A stretch of DNA of 64,000 nt from Octopus sinensis (GCF_006345805.1 NW_021836156.1:1-64000); one strand, 5' to 3'. Positions 41,828 through 55,706 are shown, counted from the stretch's first letter. Notes: generated by a model from the sequence alone, not told the origin. Made by a program: numbers and translations.

Positions 41828-42067
41828 GGCGTAGGAGTGGCTGTGTGGTAAGTTGCTTGCTTACCAATTATATGGTTCCGGGTTCAGTCCCACTGCGTGG
41901 CACCTTGGGCAAGTGTCTTCTACAATAGCCTCGGGCCGACCAAAGCCTTGTGAGTGGATTTGGTAGACGGAAACTGAAAGAAGCCCGTCGTATATATGTA
42001 TATGTATGTATATATATATATGTATATATATATATATGTATGTATATATATATATATATATGTGTGT

Positions 42068-42098
<31 letters not shown>

Positions 42099-42348
42099 CG
42101 TGCGTGTGTGTGTGTGTGTGTGTGTATATGTTTGTGTGTCTGTGTTTGTCTCCCCAACATCGCTTGGCAACCGATGCTGGTCTGTTTACATCCGTGTAAC
42201 TTCGCACTTCGGCAAAAGAGACCGATAGAATAAGTACTAGGCTTACAAAGAATAAGTCCTGGGGTCGATTTGCTCGACTAAAGGCGCTGCTCCAGCATGG
42301 CCGCAATCAAATGACTGAAACAAGTAAAAGACTAAAATAGTAAAGAGT
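41828..42348 (+). mobile_element. SINE family A, full length
   Basis: Complete head, internal (TA/TG)n and tail. Confidence 0.92.
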
Positions 42349-42544
42349 ATAATTTCACGCACACACTCGCCTGTGCGCACACTCACATACATCCCCCCCA
42401 CACACACCCACTCACGCCGAAGTTACACTCAACGTTTTCTTGGTATAGATTAATATAATGTATTGTTGAATTAAATGTAATTTTACTCTCACTTGCGTGC
42501 ACACACACGCCTACACTCTCTATCTCTCTCTCTTTCTCTCTCTA

Positions 42545-42575
<31 letters not shown>

Positions 42576-42747
42576 AACGCCCGAACACACGCACATATTG
42601 ATTTGAACTTTCACGATTTTCAACATTAGATTGCGACCATACTGGAGCAACGCCATAAAATGAAAAAAATCACCCGAGAGCTTTCTTTTCAGTGTCGATT
42701 AAATAGAGAACCACTCAAGCTCTGAAGTTGATGGTTATTCGCTAGAT

Positions 42748-43005
42748 CAGTGGTTCTCAACCATTTTTTGCACATGGACCCATTTGGCCCCAGTTTTACT
42801 ATGCTGGGCCCTAATACGCATTCGATAATTAAAAAAAAAGCCCCGTTATATTTTTATGATTAAATATCATTAGAAATTGCTCAGAAAAATTGTTAAAACA
42901 TTTTATGTATTGTAAAAGTACAAGGGATATATTCCACATAAATTTTAAAAGCATCATCTTATGTGGACTCCAAAGGTCCACGCGGACCCCGATTGAGAAC
43001 CGCTG
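42748..43005. mobile_element. hAT-type MITE
   Basis: TIRs CAGTGGTTCTCAA / TTGAGAACCGCTG; related to 57978-58330; no TSD seen. Confidence 0.75.
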
Positions 43006-43583
43006 GGTTTCGTTCTTCCATCAAATTCTAGGCTTCGTGCCAATATTAGAAACAAATGTTGTTGTTTATGCTGTTATTGTTGCTGTTGCTCGTCTCGTAT
43101 TCCACAAAACTTTATAATATCCCAATGTTTTATAGAAGTGTCCCCTATAGCATTGCATATAAATTGTTGTTCATTTAATATTCTGTAGAAAGCAAGATCT
43201 TCGTTGGTAAAGATGGTACTCAAGCAATGTGGTATCCAAGAAAATGGATGTGATGGCGGAAGAGGGTCAAATGTGCCAAAGATTGGTGCCAATAGGTCTA
43301 AAATTATCCAGAAGGAAATTATTGGTTATCTATTTCTTCTGTACATAAGGGAATAGCTTTTAGTGGCTATAATGGTTTCAGACATTCTTTAAGTGCATTG
43401 GCAGAGAAACAAATTGAACAGAGACAGAATTAGAGAACAGAGAGAGAGAGAGGGAGAGAGAGAGATGGGGGGAGAGTAACAGAGTGAGAGGGAGAGAGAG
43501 AAGGAGAGAGCGGAGAGTAAGAACGATTTAGAAACAAATGGACACATTCATATTGCATGCATACATATGTGTATGTGTTCGCG

Positions 43584-43626
<43 letters not shown>

Positions 43627-45026
43627 ATTTGTTGCGTAGCTACAATATGTATATAAGAAATACATTCATATACATCTCTCGATCTAGTTTCCCGTTTATT
43701 CCCTCTGTGTATACCTCCCCCTCTTTCTGTCTCTCTCCCCTCTCTCTCTCTCTCTTGATATATATAAGTCAATAAGAATTACACATATATAGATATTTCT
43801 GTACATGTGCATGTATGTATATATATATATGTGTGTGTGCGTGTGTGTGTGTGCGTGTGTGTGTGTGTGTGTGTGCGTGTGTGTGTGTATGTGTGTTTTT
43901 ATCTGTCTGAATCTATATCTATATGTATCTATCTATTTATCTATCTATCTATCTACCTACCTATCTATTTATATATATTTATATATTATATATGTGTATA
44001 TATGTATACACACACACGTATTTTAAGTAACCTGATGTATTTCTATATAATTGTGTGCGAATATATGTAAGTATAAATGAATTCATACACACATACATAT
44101 ATGCATACATACATCCATCCCTCCACACATACATACATACATACATCCCTCCACACATACATACATACATATATTCGCAGATACACCGAATTATACTCAT
44201 CTATGCACACATGCTTAGCGTAATCTAGGATTTCGGGTGGTGGCGGCAGAAAGAGAAAAGGCGGGAACGGGCGAGCAGAGGGAAAGGGAGAGGAAATGGA
44301 GAGAGAAGGGAGAAAAGGAGCAGAACGTAGAGTAATGGAGATGAGGCGAAAAGCAATATTCTTGGTGGGTATTCATCCACTGGATCCCTTCCAGTTCGAT
44401 GATGAGCTTGGCATTATAAAGAGAGGCCACAGATGGAGAGCAAGAGTGCATCTGTTTGAGAGTAAGCTATTTTAGGAGCAGATACAGAGATGATTCATTC
44501 CCTCGTCGCTTGTTATAAATGGTCCACGAATCCGTTCTGTCAGTTGGCAGAAGGTCTCTGCCAGTTAACCAATATTAGCATGAAGACGTGCTTCACTGGG
44601 CATTAGAAATCCCAGATTTCGCCGAGATTTCATTTTCGCTGAACTAAAGGCGTTGGTGGGGGGGAATTCACGAAAAGAGGGAACTAAGAAAACCAATGAT
44701 ACTGATATTTAAAAAGGGGTTACTTTGGCAAACAAATTTTCGGACGTGTTATTTATTTCTATTGTTTTGGGGCGATCCAAGAAAATGATTACGTTTGTGT
44801 GTGTGTGTGTGTGTATGTGTGAGTGTGTGCGTGTGTATGTGTGAGTGTGTGTGTGTGTGGTGTAGAGACGCGTACACACATGCATACACATACACACACA
44901 TACATATATTCCAGGGGCTAACAGAATGTGAGAGAGGCTATATGCGGTCACTTACAATAAAGTAATGGAAAATAAGTCCGAGAGTGTACAATATATATTT
45001 GTGTGTTTATGTATATATATATATAA

Positions 45027-45145
<119 letters not shown>

Positions 45146-45738
45146 GTATAATAGTATATATATAATTTAAAATAAGCAGAAAATCGAGTAAAATACCCCT
45201 GTAGACGAGAAAAGATAGTGGGCCAGAAGACCCTACAGTGATTCGAACTCTGTACCGCTCAAATTACGGCTAGGTGTTTGTTACCATTGAGTTAAGCGAC
45301 CCCACTTTGGTTCAACGCATGTTTATTTGTAAAAAGTGTTCTCACATTTGGAAAGCTAGTATTTAGCGTTATTAAAGACAAAATCTGTTATTAACGGTCG
45401 TTTAGCTCAATGGCACATACCCCTCAACCAGAATTTGGGAGATCTAGAATTCGATTCTCCGTACCGGCTGCTGGTCCCTTTTATTTACTCTCTATTGGAG
45501 TATTTTGCTAATATTTTTCTGTTTTCTTAATGGTATACTCTATTACAGAACATAACCGCAACTAATCCTTTTTGTAATAGATCGATGTTAAAATATTGTC
45601 TTTGTAAACAACTACTTGATGGAGATAGCAACAACATTATTTTCCCAAACTGGTGTATTCGATCTGCTAACTCTTCGGTCACGTTATGCTTATTAGTGGT
45701 GACTCAACGGATATTCCAAGATGGTATTTAGCTGCCGA

Positions 45739-46154
45739 AAGGCGTCGAGCTGGCAGAAATGTTAGCACGCCAGGCGAAATGCTTTATGGTATTTCGTCTG
45801 CGTTACGTTGTGAGTTCAAATTCCGCCGAGGTCGACTTTGCCTTTCATCCTTTCGAGGTCGATAAATTAAGTACCAGTTACGCACTGAGGTCGATGTAAT
45901 CGTCTTAATACCTATGTCTGTCCTTGTTTGTCCGCTCTATGTTTAGCCCCTTGTGGATAATAAAGAAATAGGTATTTCGTCTGCTGCTACGTTCTGAGTT
46001 CAAATTCCGCCGAGGTCGACTTTGCCTTTCATCCTTTCGGAGTCGATAAATTAAGTACCAGTTACGCACTGGGGTCGATGTAATCGACTTAATCCCCTTT
46101 TATGTCCTTGTTTGTCCCCTCTGTGTTTAGCCCCTTGTGGGCAATAAAGAAATA
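45739..46154 (+). mobile_element. SINE family B dimer with 16-bp TSD
   Basis: GGTATTTAGCTGCCGA (45723-45738) / GGTATACAGCTGCCGA (46155-46170). Confidence 0.88.
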
Positions 46155-46356
46155 GGTATACAGCTGCCGATCGAATGCTAGAACATTATAGAAATACTCC
46201 AATGTTTGTTGACAAATTTTCCCGCTTTTTAAGGGTAATTTACCCAATACATTTACTGTTCTAACAGCGTTTCTTCGTTTGAAAATAAATCATCATCTTA
46301 TTTGTATCTTAAAATGCTCATTTCAATGCTTATGAAAAACATACATTAGCTTGTTT

Positions 46357-46910
46357 ATATCTCGACTGCTGCTTTCGGCTGTTTACTGTCGGTGTCAGTA
46401 TGTGTGTATACAATTATATGCATTGACTGCAGCATCAGAGAGCTTTAGCTCTTATTTCTACCATCGTAGGTTTCCTAACACCCACAGTCATATTTAATGA
46501 CAATTCTAGATCTCCTTTTTGATGATACATTGCTAAACCTCTGCCTACGTAAATTAATTGTATGCATATTGGCGATTCACTAGATCATCCATAGAGTTCT
46601 ATGATGTAGACATACACACTAGCGGCGATCTCGTCCGGAATCTGGCAAGTAGTACCGATTCTACTGATGAGGCTCCGGTGTTAAAGCCGAAACTGTCCGA
46701 CAGTATAGGAATATCTCGACTGCCACTTTCCGCCGTTTATGGTCGCTGTCTCTATGTATGTATATACACAATTATGTGCGTTGACTGTAGCATCAGAGCG
46801 CTTTAACTCTTATTTCTAGCATCGTAGGTCTTCTAACGCCCCCGGCGATACTTGATGACAACTCTAGTTTTTCTTTATGGGATTACATTGCCAAACCGCT
46901 GCCTACTTCA
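46357..46910 (+). mobile_element. Retrozyme/Penelope-pLTR-like direct repeat (period ~354 bp) with a hammerhead at the junction
   Basis: 46357-46548 is homologous to 46711-46906 (about 80% identity by eye); the hammerhead sits immediately before the second copy. Confidence 0.65.
46643..46725 (+). ncRNA. Canonical type I hammerhead ribozyme
   Basis: TTCTA-CTGATGA-GGCT(ccggtgttaa)AGCC-GAA-ACTGT(ccg)ACAGT-A-TAGGA; fully conserved core, GTA triplet at 46703-46705, extended stem I TGGCA/TGCCA. Confidence 0.85.
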
Positions 46911-46971
46911 GTTATTATATTTCTATTTCATATCTTACCTAGAATAACTATTGCTTAACCATTCTCACACC

Positions 46972-47019
46972 GTCTCCGATGAAGGGATATATAAAATATC
47001 CCAGAAACAGCTGTAAGAC
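46972..47019 (+). ncRNA. Minimal hammerhead variant, same family as 24821-24868
   Basis: GTCT-CCGATGA-A-GGGATAT(ataaa)ATATCCC-A-GAA-ACAGCTGT-A-AGAC; flanks 46915-47075 are homologous to the 24780-24910 copy. Confidence 0.6.
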
Positions 47020-47079
47020 ATTCTCTTTATAACTGTTCTGAAATCTTTCACAGCCTTGGATTTTTATCTCATACTGTTA

Positions 47080-47123
<44 letters not shown>

Positions 47124-47181
47124 GTGTGTGTATGTTCATGCATAAACACACGGGCATATTTATAGCTACATATATTTGTTT

Positions 47182-47295
<114 letters not shown>

Positions 47296-47795
47296 CAGAT
47301 AGTTACACAAACGCAGCTTGATGGCTACTTACATATTAAACTATTCAAGCTAAATAGCTAACAGGATATTTAGATACATATGTAGGCACATTAATATATT
47401 CAACGAATACTACACATATAGAACGAGAGAAACTGAGAGCGACATATTGCCTTCTAAGTTTGGCGTCTGTAACGTTTGAAAAATTATATTCAATCACAGA
47501 AAGAGACACAAATGTAGTGCGCGCGCGCGTGTTTGTGTGTGTGTAAGAGAGAGTATGGGGGATCGTGAGTAAGGAAGAGAATGGAGATAGGAAATAGAGA
47601 GAGAGAGAGTGTGTAGGGGGAAAATGAAGAGGACGGGTGGCATCTGCAAGATATAAAGTCGATGCCTAACTAGCAAAGGAAAAATCATACGCTGTCTTGT
47701 GAATAATATGGTAATGTCTGAGAAATGGAACTTCTCAGCCGTTAGTGTTCTTACCGTCCACTTAACCACCTTCTGCAAGCCTGATTTAAAATACA

Positions 47796-47840
<45 letters not shown>

Positions 47841-48197
47841 CATGCATATATGTATATGTTTGTCTGGATATATATCTATTCATATATGTATGCATATTAT
47901 ATGTATACATATATATGTATATATCATATTATAAATATATATATCAGACATATATTATATATACATATATACATATGTGTCTATGTGCGCGTGTATGCAT
48001 ATGTTTATATATTAAGTATGAGTGTGTGTGTATAACAATATAGTATAATATATAATATAATGTAATATATACATATATACGCACGAACATACACACACAC
48101 AACACACACACATAAATAAATATATATATATATATAAATATACATATTGTGTATATATATTATTGTGCCTGGAGAGAGGCATTCTCTTCTAGTGCCT

Positions 48198-48269
<72 letters not shown>

Positions 48270-48564
48270 CTCATATATACATATGCATGTTATACACTTC
48301 AGTTTTGTATTTTGTTATTGTTTCTTGTTATCTCTTCTTGTCCTACACAGTTCTTTTCTTTTTCTTTTTTTCTTGATTTGTTGATTATTGTTACACTAGA
48401 ATACTTTATTTTTTATATTTATTTACGACTCGGGGGCTGCATTTCGTTTACAACTTTGTAAAACAGAAAAAAGTATTCCATTTGTTTATATATTTAGATT
48501 TTTGTAATCCTATGTGCTTCTCCTTCTGTGTGCGAGCGTACACGCATTCTTGTGTGTATTTGCA

Positions 48565-48599
<35 letters not shown>

Positions 48600-48959
48600 C
48601 CATGCGCATACACACACATTTTATGTATGTATTCTGTTTTTTTTTGTGTGTATATCTGTTATAATCTATTGGTATACACACTTGTAAAGACATATTTTCT
48701 CATTACATCCAACTGTCCGTACTTCGCTTACCATCCCCTGTCCCCCATTACTTTTGCTCGTGTGTGCATCCAATCTCGCTGTCCCCCCCCCCACCAACTG
48801 AAGATTCGCGCAGACGGATGCACCACAGGGAGAGTGAAAGGGAGAGAGAGGAGAAGAGGAGAGGAAGGCGGGAAAATAGAGAGCGAGAGAGCGAAAAGAA
48901 AGATGAGAGAGCGCGAAGGGAGGGAGAAGGATATGGAGAAAAAAAGGGAGAGGGAAGAG

Positions 48960-49250
48960 AAGAAGCGAAAGAGAGAAGGCGCAAAGAGAGTGAGAGAAAG
49001 GGGAGAGAAGAGAAGAAGCGAAAGAGAGAACGGAAAGAGAGTGAGAGAAAGGGGAGAGAAGAGAAGAAGCGAAAGAGAGAACGGAAAGAGAGTGAGAGAA
49101 AGGGGAGAGAAGAGAAGAGGCGAAAGAGAGAAGGGAAAGAGAGTGGGAAAAAGGGGGGAGAAGAGAAGAAGAGAAAGAGAGAAGGGAAAGAGAGTGAGAA
49201 TAAGGGGAGAGAAGAGAAGAAGCGAAAGAGAGAAGGAGATAAAGAGAGAT
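48960..49250. repeat. 51-bp polypurine minisatellite, about 5-6 copies
   Basis: Unit GAGTGAGAGAAAGGGGAGAGAAGAGAAGAAGCGAAAGAGAGAACGGAAAGA. Confidence 0.85.
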
Positions 49251-50173
49251 ATAGAAAGCGTATAACAGTGACTCCTGTCACTGTAATAATATTAGGCACA
49301 CACGTAGAGAGTGAGAGAGAGAGGGGGGAGGCATACAGAGACAGAGAGAGACAGAGAGGCAGAGGGAGACAGAAAGACAAAGAGAGAAACGGAGAGAGAG
49401 AGAGATAGGGAAAGAGAGAGTGACAGAGAGAGAGAGAAAAGGAGAAAGGGGAGACAGTAGAAGGGAGACGGAGAAAGTGAATTACGTTCTCTCATCAAAC
49501 TGACACTTTCTGATAATTACAGTTTGTGTCTGTCTCTCTGTCTCTCTCTCTGTCTCTCTGTCTGTCTCTCTCTCTCTCTCTCGGTCAAACATCCATGGAG
49601 AAGTTGAGAGGAGAGACATAGAAAGAGAGGGAGAGGGAGTAACATTCACTCCCCCTCTAAGACTTTTTGACAACCTCACACTGTCCCTCGTTTCTAATCA
49701 CAAACATTTTACGTTTAGTTCATGCACTTTCCCTCTACTCTTACTCTCTTCCTTTCCCTCAATCTATCTCCCCATCCCTCTGTCTCAATCTCTCTCTCTC
49801 TCTCTCTCTCTGTATTCGTAAACAACGTATGAAGGCTCTGAGATAAACGCACGTGAATCCATGCATACATGTATGCATCTTTGCTTTTGTGCATGGATGT
49901 CGTTATGTGTGTGTGTGTGAAAGCATATATTTATGTTTTGTATATCGTTCTGTACACATGTATAAATACAATTATGTATGCATGTACCATTTTTATGTTC
50001 TATCTATCTATCTATCTATGAACAAATCCTTCTCTCTTTTTCTCTCTATGTAAATATAAATAAATAGATCTACATATATGGATGCATATGTGTGTGTATA
50101 CATACATACATACATACATACATACATACATACAAACAGACAGACAGACAGACAGATAGACAGACAGACAGAC

Positions 50174-50233
<60 letters not shown>

Positions 50234-52319
50234 CAATAGATAGATATAGATAGATGGATGGATGAATGGATAGATAGATAGATCGATAGATAGGTAGATA
50301 TACACACGCACGCACGCACACACACACATACACATATATACACACGCACACACAAACGCGTTCACGTTCTTCTAGACACCCACGATCTTACCTACATCTC
50401 TCTGCGTATCTATTACAAAAACCCACGCCCATTCATTCAATATCCCGTTAATATCTATTAAACCTATTAGATGACACCCCTTTCTCTCTCTCACTCACAC
50501 TCTCTCTCCTTCTCTCTAACTCTCTCCCCTTCTCTCTTAGTCTCTTTCTCTCTCCTTTTCTCTTGCTTCACGATCTCACCATCTACTTTACCCTCTCCAT
50601 GGTTCCTTATCACTCACTCAGTCTCTTATTCATACGCGATTTATTCTCTCTCTTTTAACTATCTCCGCCTTCTTCACGTCCCCACGTCCCGTTACTTTCA
50701 CTTTCATTTTCCTTCCTTCCTTCCTTTCTCCCTTCCGTTCCGTCTTTCCTTCCCTCAGAGAGTAAAAGAGAAATATTTCTCAATTTATTCAATCCCTGCA
50801 TGTTTTTCTAAGACTTATTCCTGCTGCTCTTCATCTCTCTTCCCCAATCTTCATGTTTCTTCTTGTCCCCCTCCCTCCTCCACCTTTACATCACTATCCA
50901 GCCAGCCCACTCCCACCCACCCCCACTACTAGCCTCCTCCTAAAGTAATCCCTGTTCTCTATTTATGCATTCAATGACATCGAACTCCATCCACTTCTGT
51001 CTTCCACCTTGCCACACCCGTTATATTTACCACCACCACCACCATCACCACCGCCATCACCAACACAACAAGCGTCAGCGTCATTATCACTGGTACCGCC
51101 TCCCGATTAGAACCAGCGCCGAAGGCCATACAATCACCGCTACCACCACTACCACCACCACCACCACCACTACCACCAATACCACTATCAACATCACCAC
51201 CATCACAATGACGATGATGAGCATGACTACGACGACGACGACCACCACCACAACAACAACAACAAACATCATTGCCACTCATAATCAGAACCACCGCCAC
51301 CACCTACATCGTTAACAACACCAACTCCAACACCAACATTGCAAACATCATCACTATAACAACCGCCATCACTGCAAGCACCACCACTACCAATATCACC
51401 AACACCACCACCATCAGCATCACCCCCAACCCCCCAACCCCACCACCATCATCATCACGTGTAACAACAACATCATCATCAACACCACCAGTACTATCGT
51501 CATCACCACCATCCTCATCTCCATCAACATCAACATCATCACAAACAACCAAATCCAAAACCGTTACGGACACCTTCATTTTGCTTATTCCTCCTCCTCC
51601 TCCTCCTCCTCCTTCTCTTCTACTTTTTTTTCATATTCTTCTATCATATCCACCCGCCCTTCCACCCGACTCTCAACCCTTTTCCTGCTGTTCTATGACT
51701 GACACACGCAAAACCTTGTGCAACGGAAGACGTAAATCTTGTCAGACAATTTCCTACACCTCCCATCATTCCTCACACCTCATACATACCACGCCAACCC
51801 AAATCACCATCACACACACTCACACACACACATTGTGCCATACTGCACCACACTGTGCCATAGTGCTCCACACACAGTGCGCCATGCTGCACGGCAGCGC
51901 GCTGCATTACGCATCTCCCTACAAGGCAGTATACCACACCTACCTCATCTCATTATCTTCCACCTAACCGATGCTTTGCGGCTGGCAATCACAACGTCTT
52001 ACACATGCCGCCACCACCGTCATCGTGACCATCACCGCAGCAGCAGCCGCCCCCGCCTCCGCTAGCACCACCGACCGCTACCACCGCCAGTACCGCCGAC
52101 ACCATCATTGTCATCATCAACGGAATCATCATCATCATCATCTTCATCACCACTATCATCATCATCATCCTCATTGTGTCGTCGTCCTCGCCATCGTCGT
52201 CGACCTTTTCGTCGTCGTCATCGTCATCGTCAATGATCGTCATAATCGTCGTTATCGTCATCATCATCATCATCATCATCATCATTACAATAGTAATAAT
52301 AATTGTTTTTCAACTTTTG

Positions 52320-52880
52320 TCACAAGGCCTGCAATTTTTTAATTTTTTTCTTTACATCGACTGCCCTCTCCGCTTCACTCCCACCTCGGCCCCAGGACTT
52401 GAACGGTACTTTATTTTTTATCAACAACCGAAAAAATTTAAAGCAAATTTGACCCCGGCAGAATGTGAACTCAGAACGTAAAATGACGGACGAAATGTCC
52501 CTAAACATTTTCTCCGACTCGCAAAAAGAATGAATACTAATAATTGCATCAAATTTCGGCACTAGGCCAGTAATTATAAGGAGGAAGGCTGTCAATCGAT
52601 TGTATTGATCCCGTAATTGGATGATGCCTTTTTTTTATATCGACCCCGAAACGATGAAAAGCAAATCGACACCAGCGGAATTTGAAATTAGAATGGAAAG
52701 CCGGAAGAAATGTCACTGAGTTTTTTTGTCCGGCGCGGTAACGTTTCTGTCACCTCACTAACTTAATAATTTTTAATAATGATTTCAAATTTTTGGCACA
52801 AGACCAGCAAAATCGGGGGAAGGGGTAAGTCGATAAGAATGACCCCCATTGTCCAACTGGTCCTTATTTTTATCGACCCT
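52320..52880 (-). mobile_element. Three degraded SINE family B copies
   Basis: Recurrent GAACTCAGAACG, ATCGACCCC and CACAAG..CCAGCAA motifs. Confidence 0.7.
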
Positions 52881-52909
52881 TTTATTTAATCGTTGCCCTT
52901 TCAATGCTA

Positions 52910-52945
<36 letters not shown>

Positions 52946-52948
<3 letters not shown>

Positions 52949-53436
52949 CAGTACCAGACAGTGGCTCTCGTGACTGCTGATCTTAACTGATTGTAAGTGT
53001 TATCATGTACATTGTTTTGTCTTGGTATAAAAGATGGGCTACAGCAAATATTCTGCTCAATACCACAGTTGTCAGTTGTTTGACCTTAACCAGTTGACCA
53101 TGTCCCTTAATGCCTGACGATATGTGCATCTCTGATCACAAGCAGAAGTAGTGGGGGAGCATCATAGCCGTGTGTTGAAAGCTAATTCTTAGAGGTTTGG
53201 ATAATTCACCTTTGGAAACATGGGTGATTCGTTCAACATCCTTAAACAATCCTTATTCAGGGGCCTTTTGGACGGGATGGGCTACTCGACCAGAAGAAAA
53301 TTCTAACTGGGCCCCACCTGCAAGGTCATGTGCTGTTTATCTTGATATGAGATCACCATGTCACGCACATATGGTTGTGATGCATGTGCCTAGTGTACAC
53401 TTATCAGACGGGTAGTCATGATGGGTATACTGGGCT
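52946..53436. mobile_element. Family E element, second copy, starting in (AAT)n
   Basis: Matches 39980-40480. Confidence 0.85.
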
Positions 53437-53460
53437 GCATACACACACACACACACACAC

Positions 53461-53523
<63 letters not shown>

Positions 53524-53796
53524 AACTCTCTATCTTTCAGTCTGTCTCTGTCTTTCTAATGTGCGTAATCTACACAGCTGATTGATATGCTACAAACAGC
53601 AGCAAAATTTCATGCATCTTATATCATATCTAAAGTGAAACTTAACATATCCCTCGTACAACATACTACTATAAGTACAGGTAGATAGATAAATAGAGAG
53701 ACAGACAGAAATAGATAGATGGATAGATTGCCTGAGAAACAAATAAATAAACAGACCCACAGACAGACGAATACATAGATAGACAGACAGGCTGGC

Positions 53797-53854
<58 letters not shown>

Positions 53855-53855
53855 T

Positions 53856-53900
<45 letters not shown>

Positions 53901-53901
53901 A

Positions 53902-53980
<79 letters not shown>

Positions 53981-54179
53981 AAATATTGGAGTTAGCTGCA
54001 GTTGTTCGTGTTACATACACTGTCGTTTGAGGCCCTATTTGAGCAGAGCCTGTGATCAAAGGCAAACCAATCGTGAAAGACCCTTATAGTTTGCATATCA
54101 TTGAAACAAGAGAGGCGAGGTAATTTAAGGAAGATTCAACTACTATTTCTCGCACTCTGAGTGATTGTATGTGTGTAGA

Positions 54180-54741
54180 GAGAAAGACACCTTCAGTGGT
54201 AGTGGTGTTGGTGTTGTTATTGTTGTTGGTCGTGGTGGTGGTGGTGGTAGTAGTAGTAGTAGTAGTGTTGGTGGTGGTGGTGATGGTGGTGGTAGTAGTA
54301 GTAGTAGTAGTTGTAGTTGTAGTAGTAGTGTTGGTGGTAGTGGTGGTGGTGGTGGTAGTTGTAGTAGTGTTGGTGGTGGTGATGATGGTGGTGGTAGTAG
54401 TAGTAGTAGTAGTTGTAGTAGTAGTGTTGGTGGTAGTGGTGGTGGTGGTGGTGGTAGTAATAGTAGTGTTGGTGGTGGTGATGGTGTTGGTAGTAGTAGT
54501 GTTGTTGTTGTTGGTGGTGGTGGTGGTGGTGATGGTGGTAGTAGTAGTAGTAGTTGTTGTAGTAGTAGTGTTGGCGGTGGTGGTAGTTGTTTTAATGTTG
54601 GTGGTGATAGTGGTGGTGGTGGTGGTGGTAGTGATATTAATGATGATACTGGGGTGGGATGGATAATCAGTAGTGGTGTGGATGCTGTGGCAAAATTGAC
54701 ACTGTCAATGACATGCGTTCGTATTACGATGATGGCATCGG

Positions 54742-54775
<34 letters not shown>

Positions 54776-54830
54776 TGATCATAATTATATGATCATGGTG
54801 GTGGTAGTGGTGGTGGTGGTGTACGTTGCA
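54180..54830. repeat. (GGT/AGT/TGT)n low-complexity array
   Basis: Direct inspection; gives poly-V and poly-G/S ORFs. Confidence 0.9.
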
Positions 54831-54899
54831 ACATGCTTGTATGCTTGTATGTGTGTAAGCGAATGCATGCGTAAGCGAATATGTCCGAGTGAGTTTATA

Positions 54900-55270
54900 T
54901 ATGCAACGGGAGGTGGGGTTTCGATTCGTTCCTCCGACACTAATGTCGGTTCCATTGGGCGTTAATGACATCAATGGCGACGTTAAGGGCGGGGGAGCGG
55001 CGTGGCGTAGCGTTTGTGACGGTGGAAGGAATATTGCGGTGTTACAGGGGGTTGGCGAAGATGACACTGACCAGCGATGAAGTTGACATTCACCCAACGC
55101 AGAACGGCAAGGCAACACCCACCCGCCCGTCCGTCCGTCCGTCCGTCCGTCCACCCGTCACTTTCAGCTCATTTCCCATGATGCATCACGTCATTAATCT
55201 TGAACAACCAGTAGGTTTTCTCGATGGCTAAATGACTGGTTGGTTGGACCATTGTCTATATCTCCAATCA
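54900..55270. promoter_or_regulatory. CpG-rich unique island, candidate promoter or enhancer
   Basis: GC box GGGCGGGGG, CCAAT motifs, CRE-like TGACATCA and TCACGTCA, and many CpGs in an AT-rich background. Confidence 0.3.
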
Positions 55271-55279
55271 GACGGACTT

Positions 55280-55318
<39 letters not shown>

Positions 55319-55634
55319 ATACATACATACATATATACACATGTAAAGTTTTGCATGCCCTGTGTGTGTGTGTGTATATGCTTTTGTATGCATGAGCATA
55401 TGTGCAATTGTTTGTATGCATGCAATTATACATATATTATGTACGTATTGCATGCTTAAGGATATCATATATACATGCATGCCTATATATATATATGCAT
55501 TGTACATCATTGGTCGCGCACACACACACGCACACGAACTCAGAAATATATATGTATGTATGTATGAATATATGAATATACATTATATACTAAGAGAGAG
55601 TTAATAGAAGAAACCTTGATATATATATATATAT

Positions 55635-55688
<54 letters not shown>

Positions 55689-55706
55689 GGATAGATAGAT
55701 AGATAT

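Noticed and set aside
43165-43350. Possible exon or old RTE C-terminus (KDGTQAMWYPRKW)
   Set aside because: In-frame stop, no clear donor site and only vague similarity
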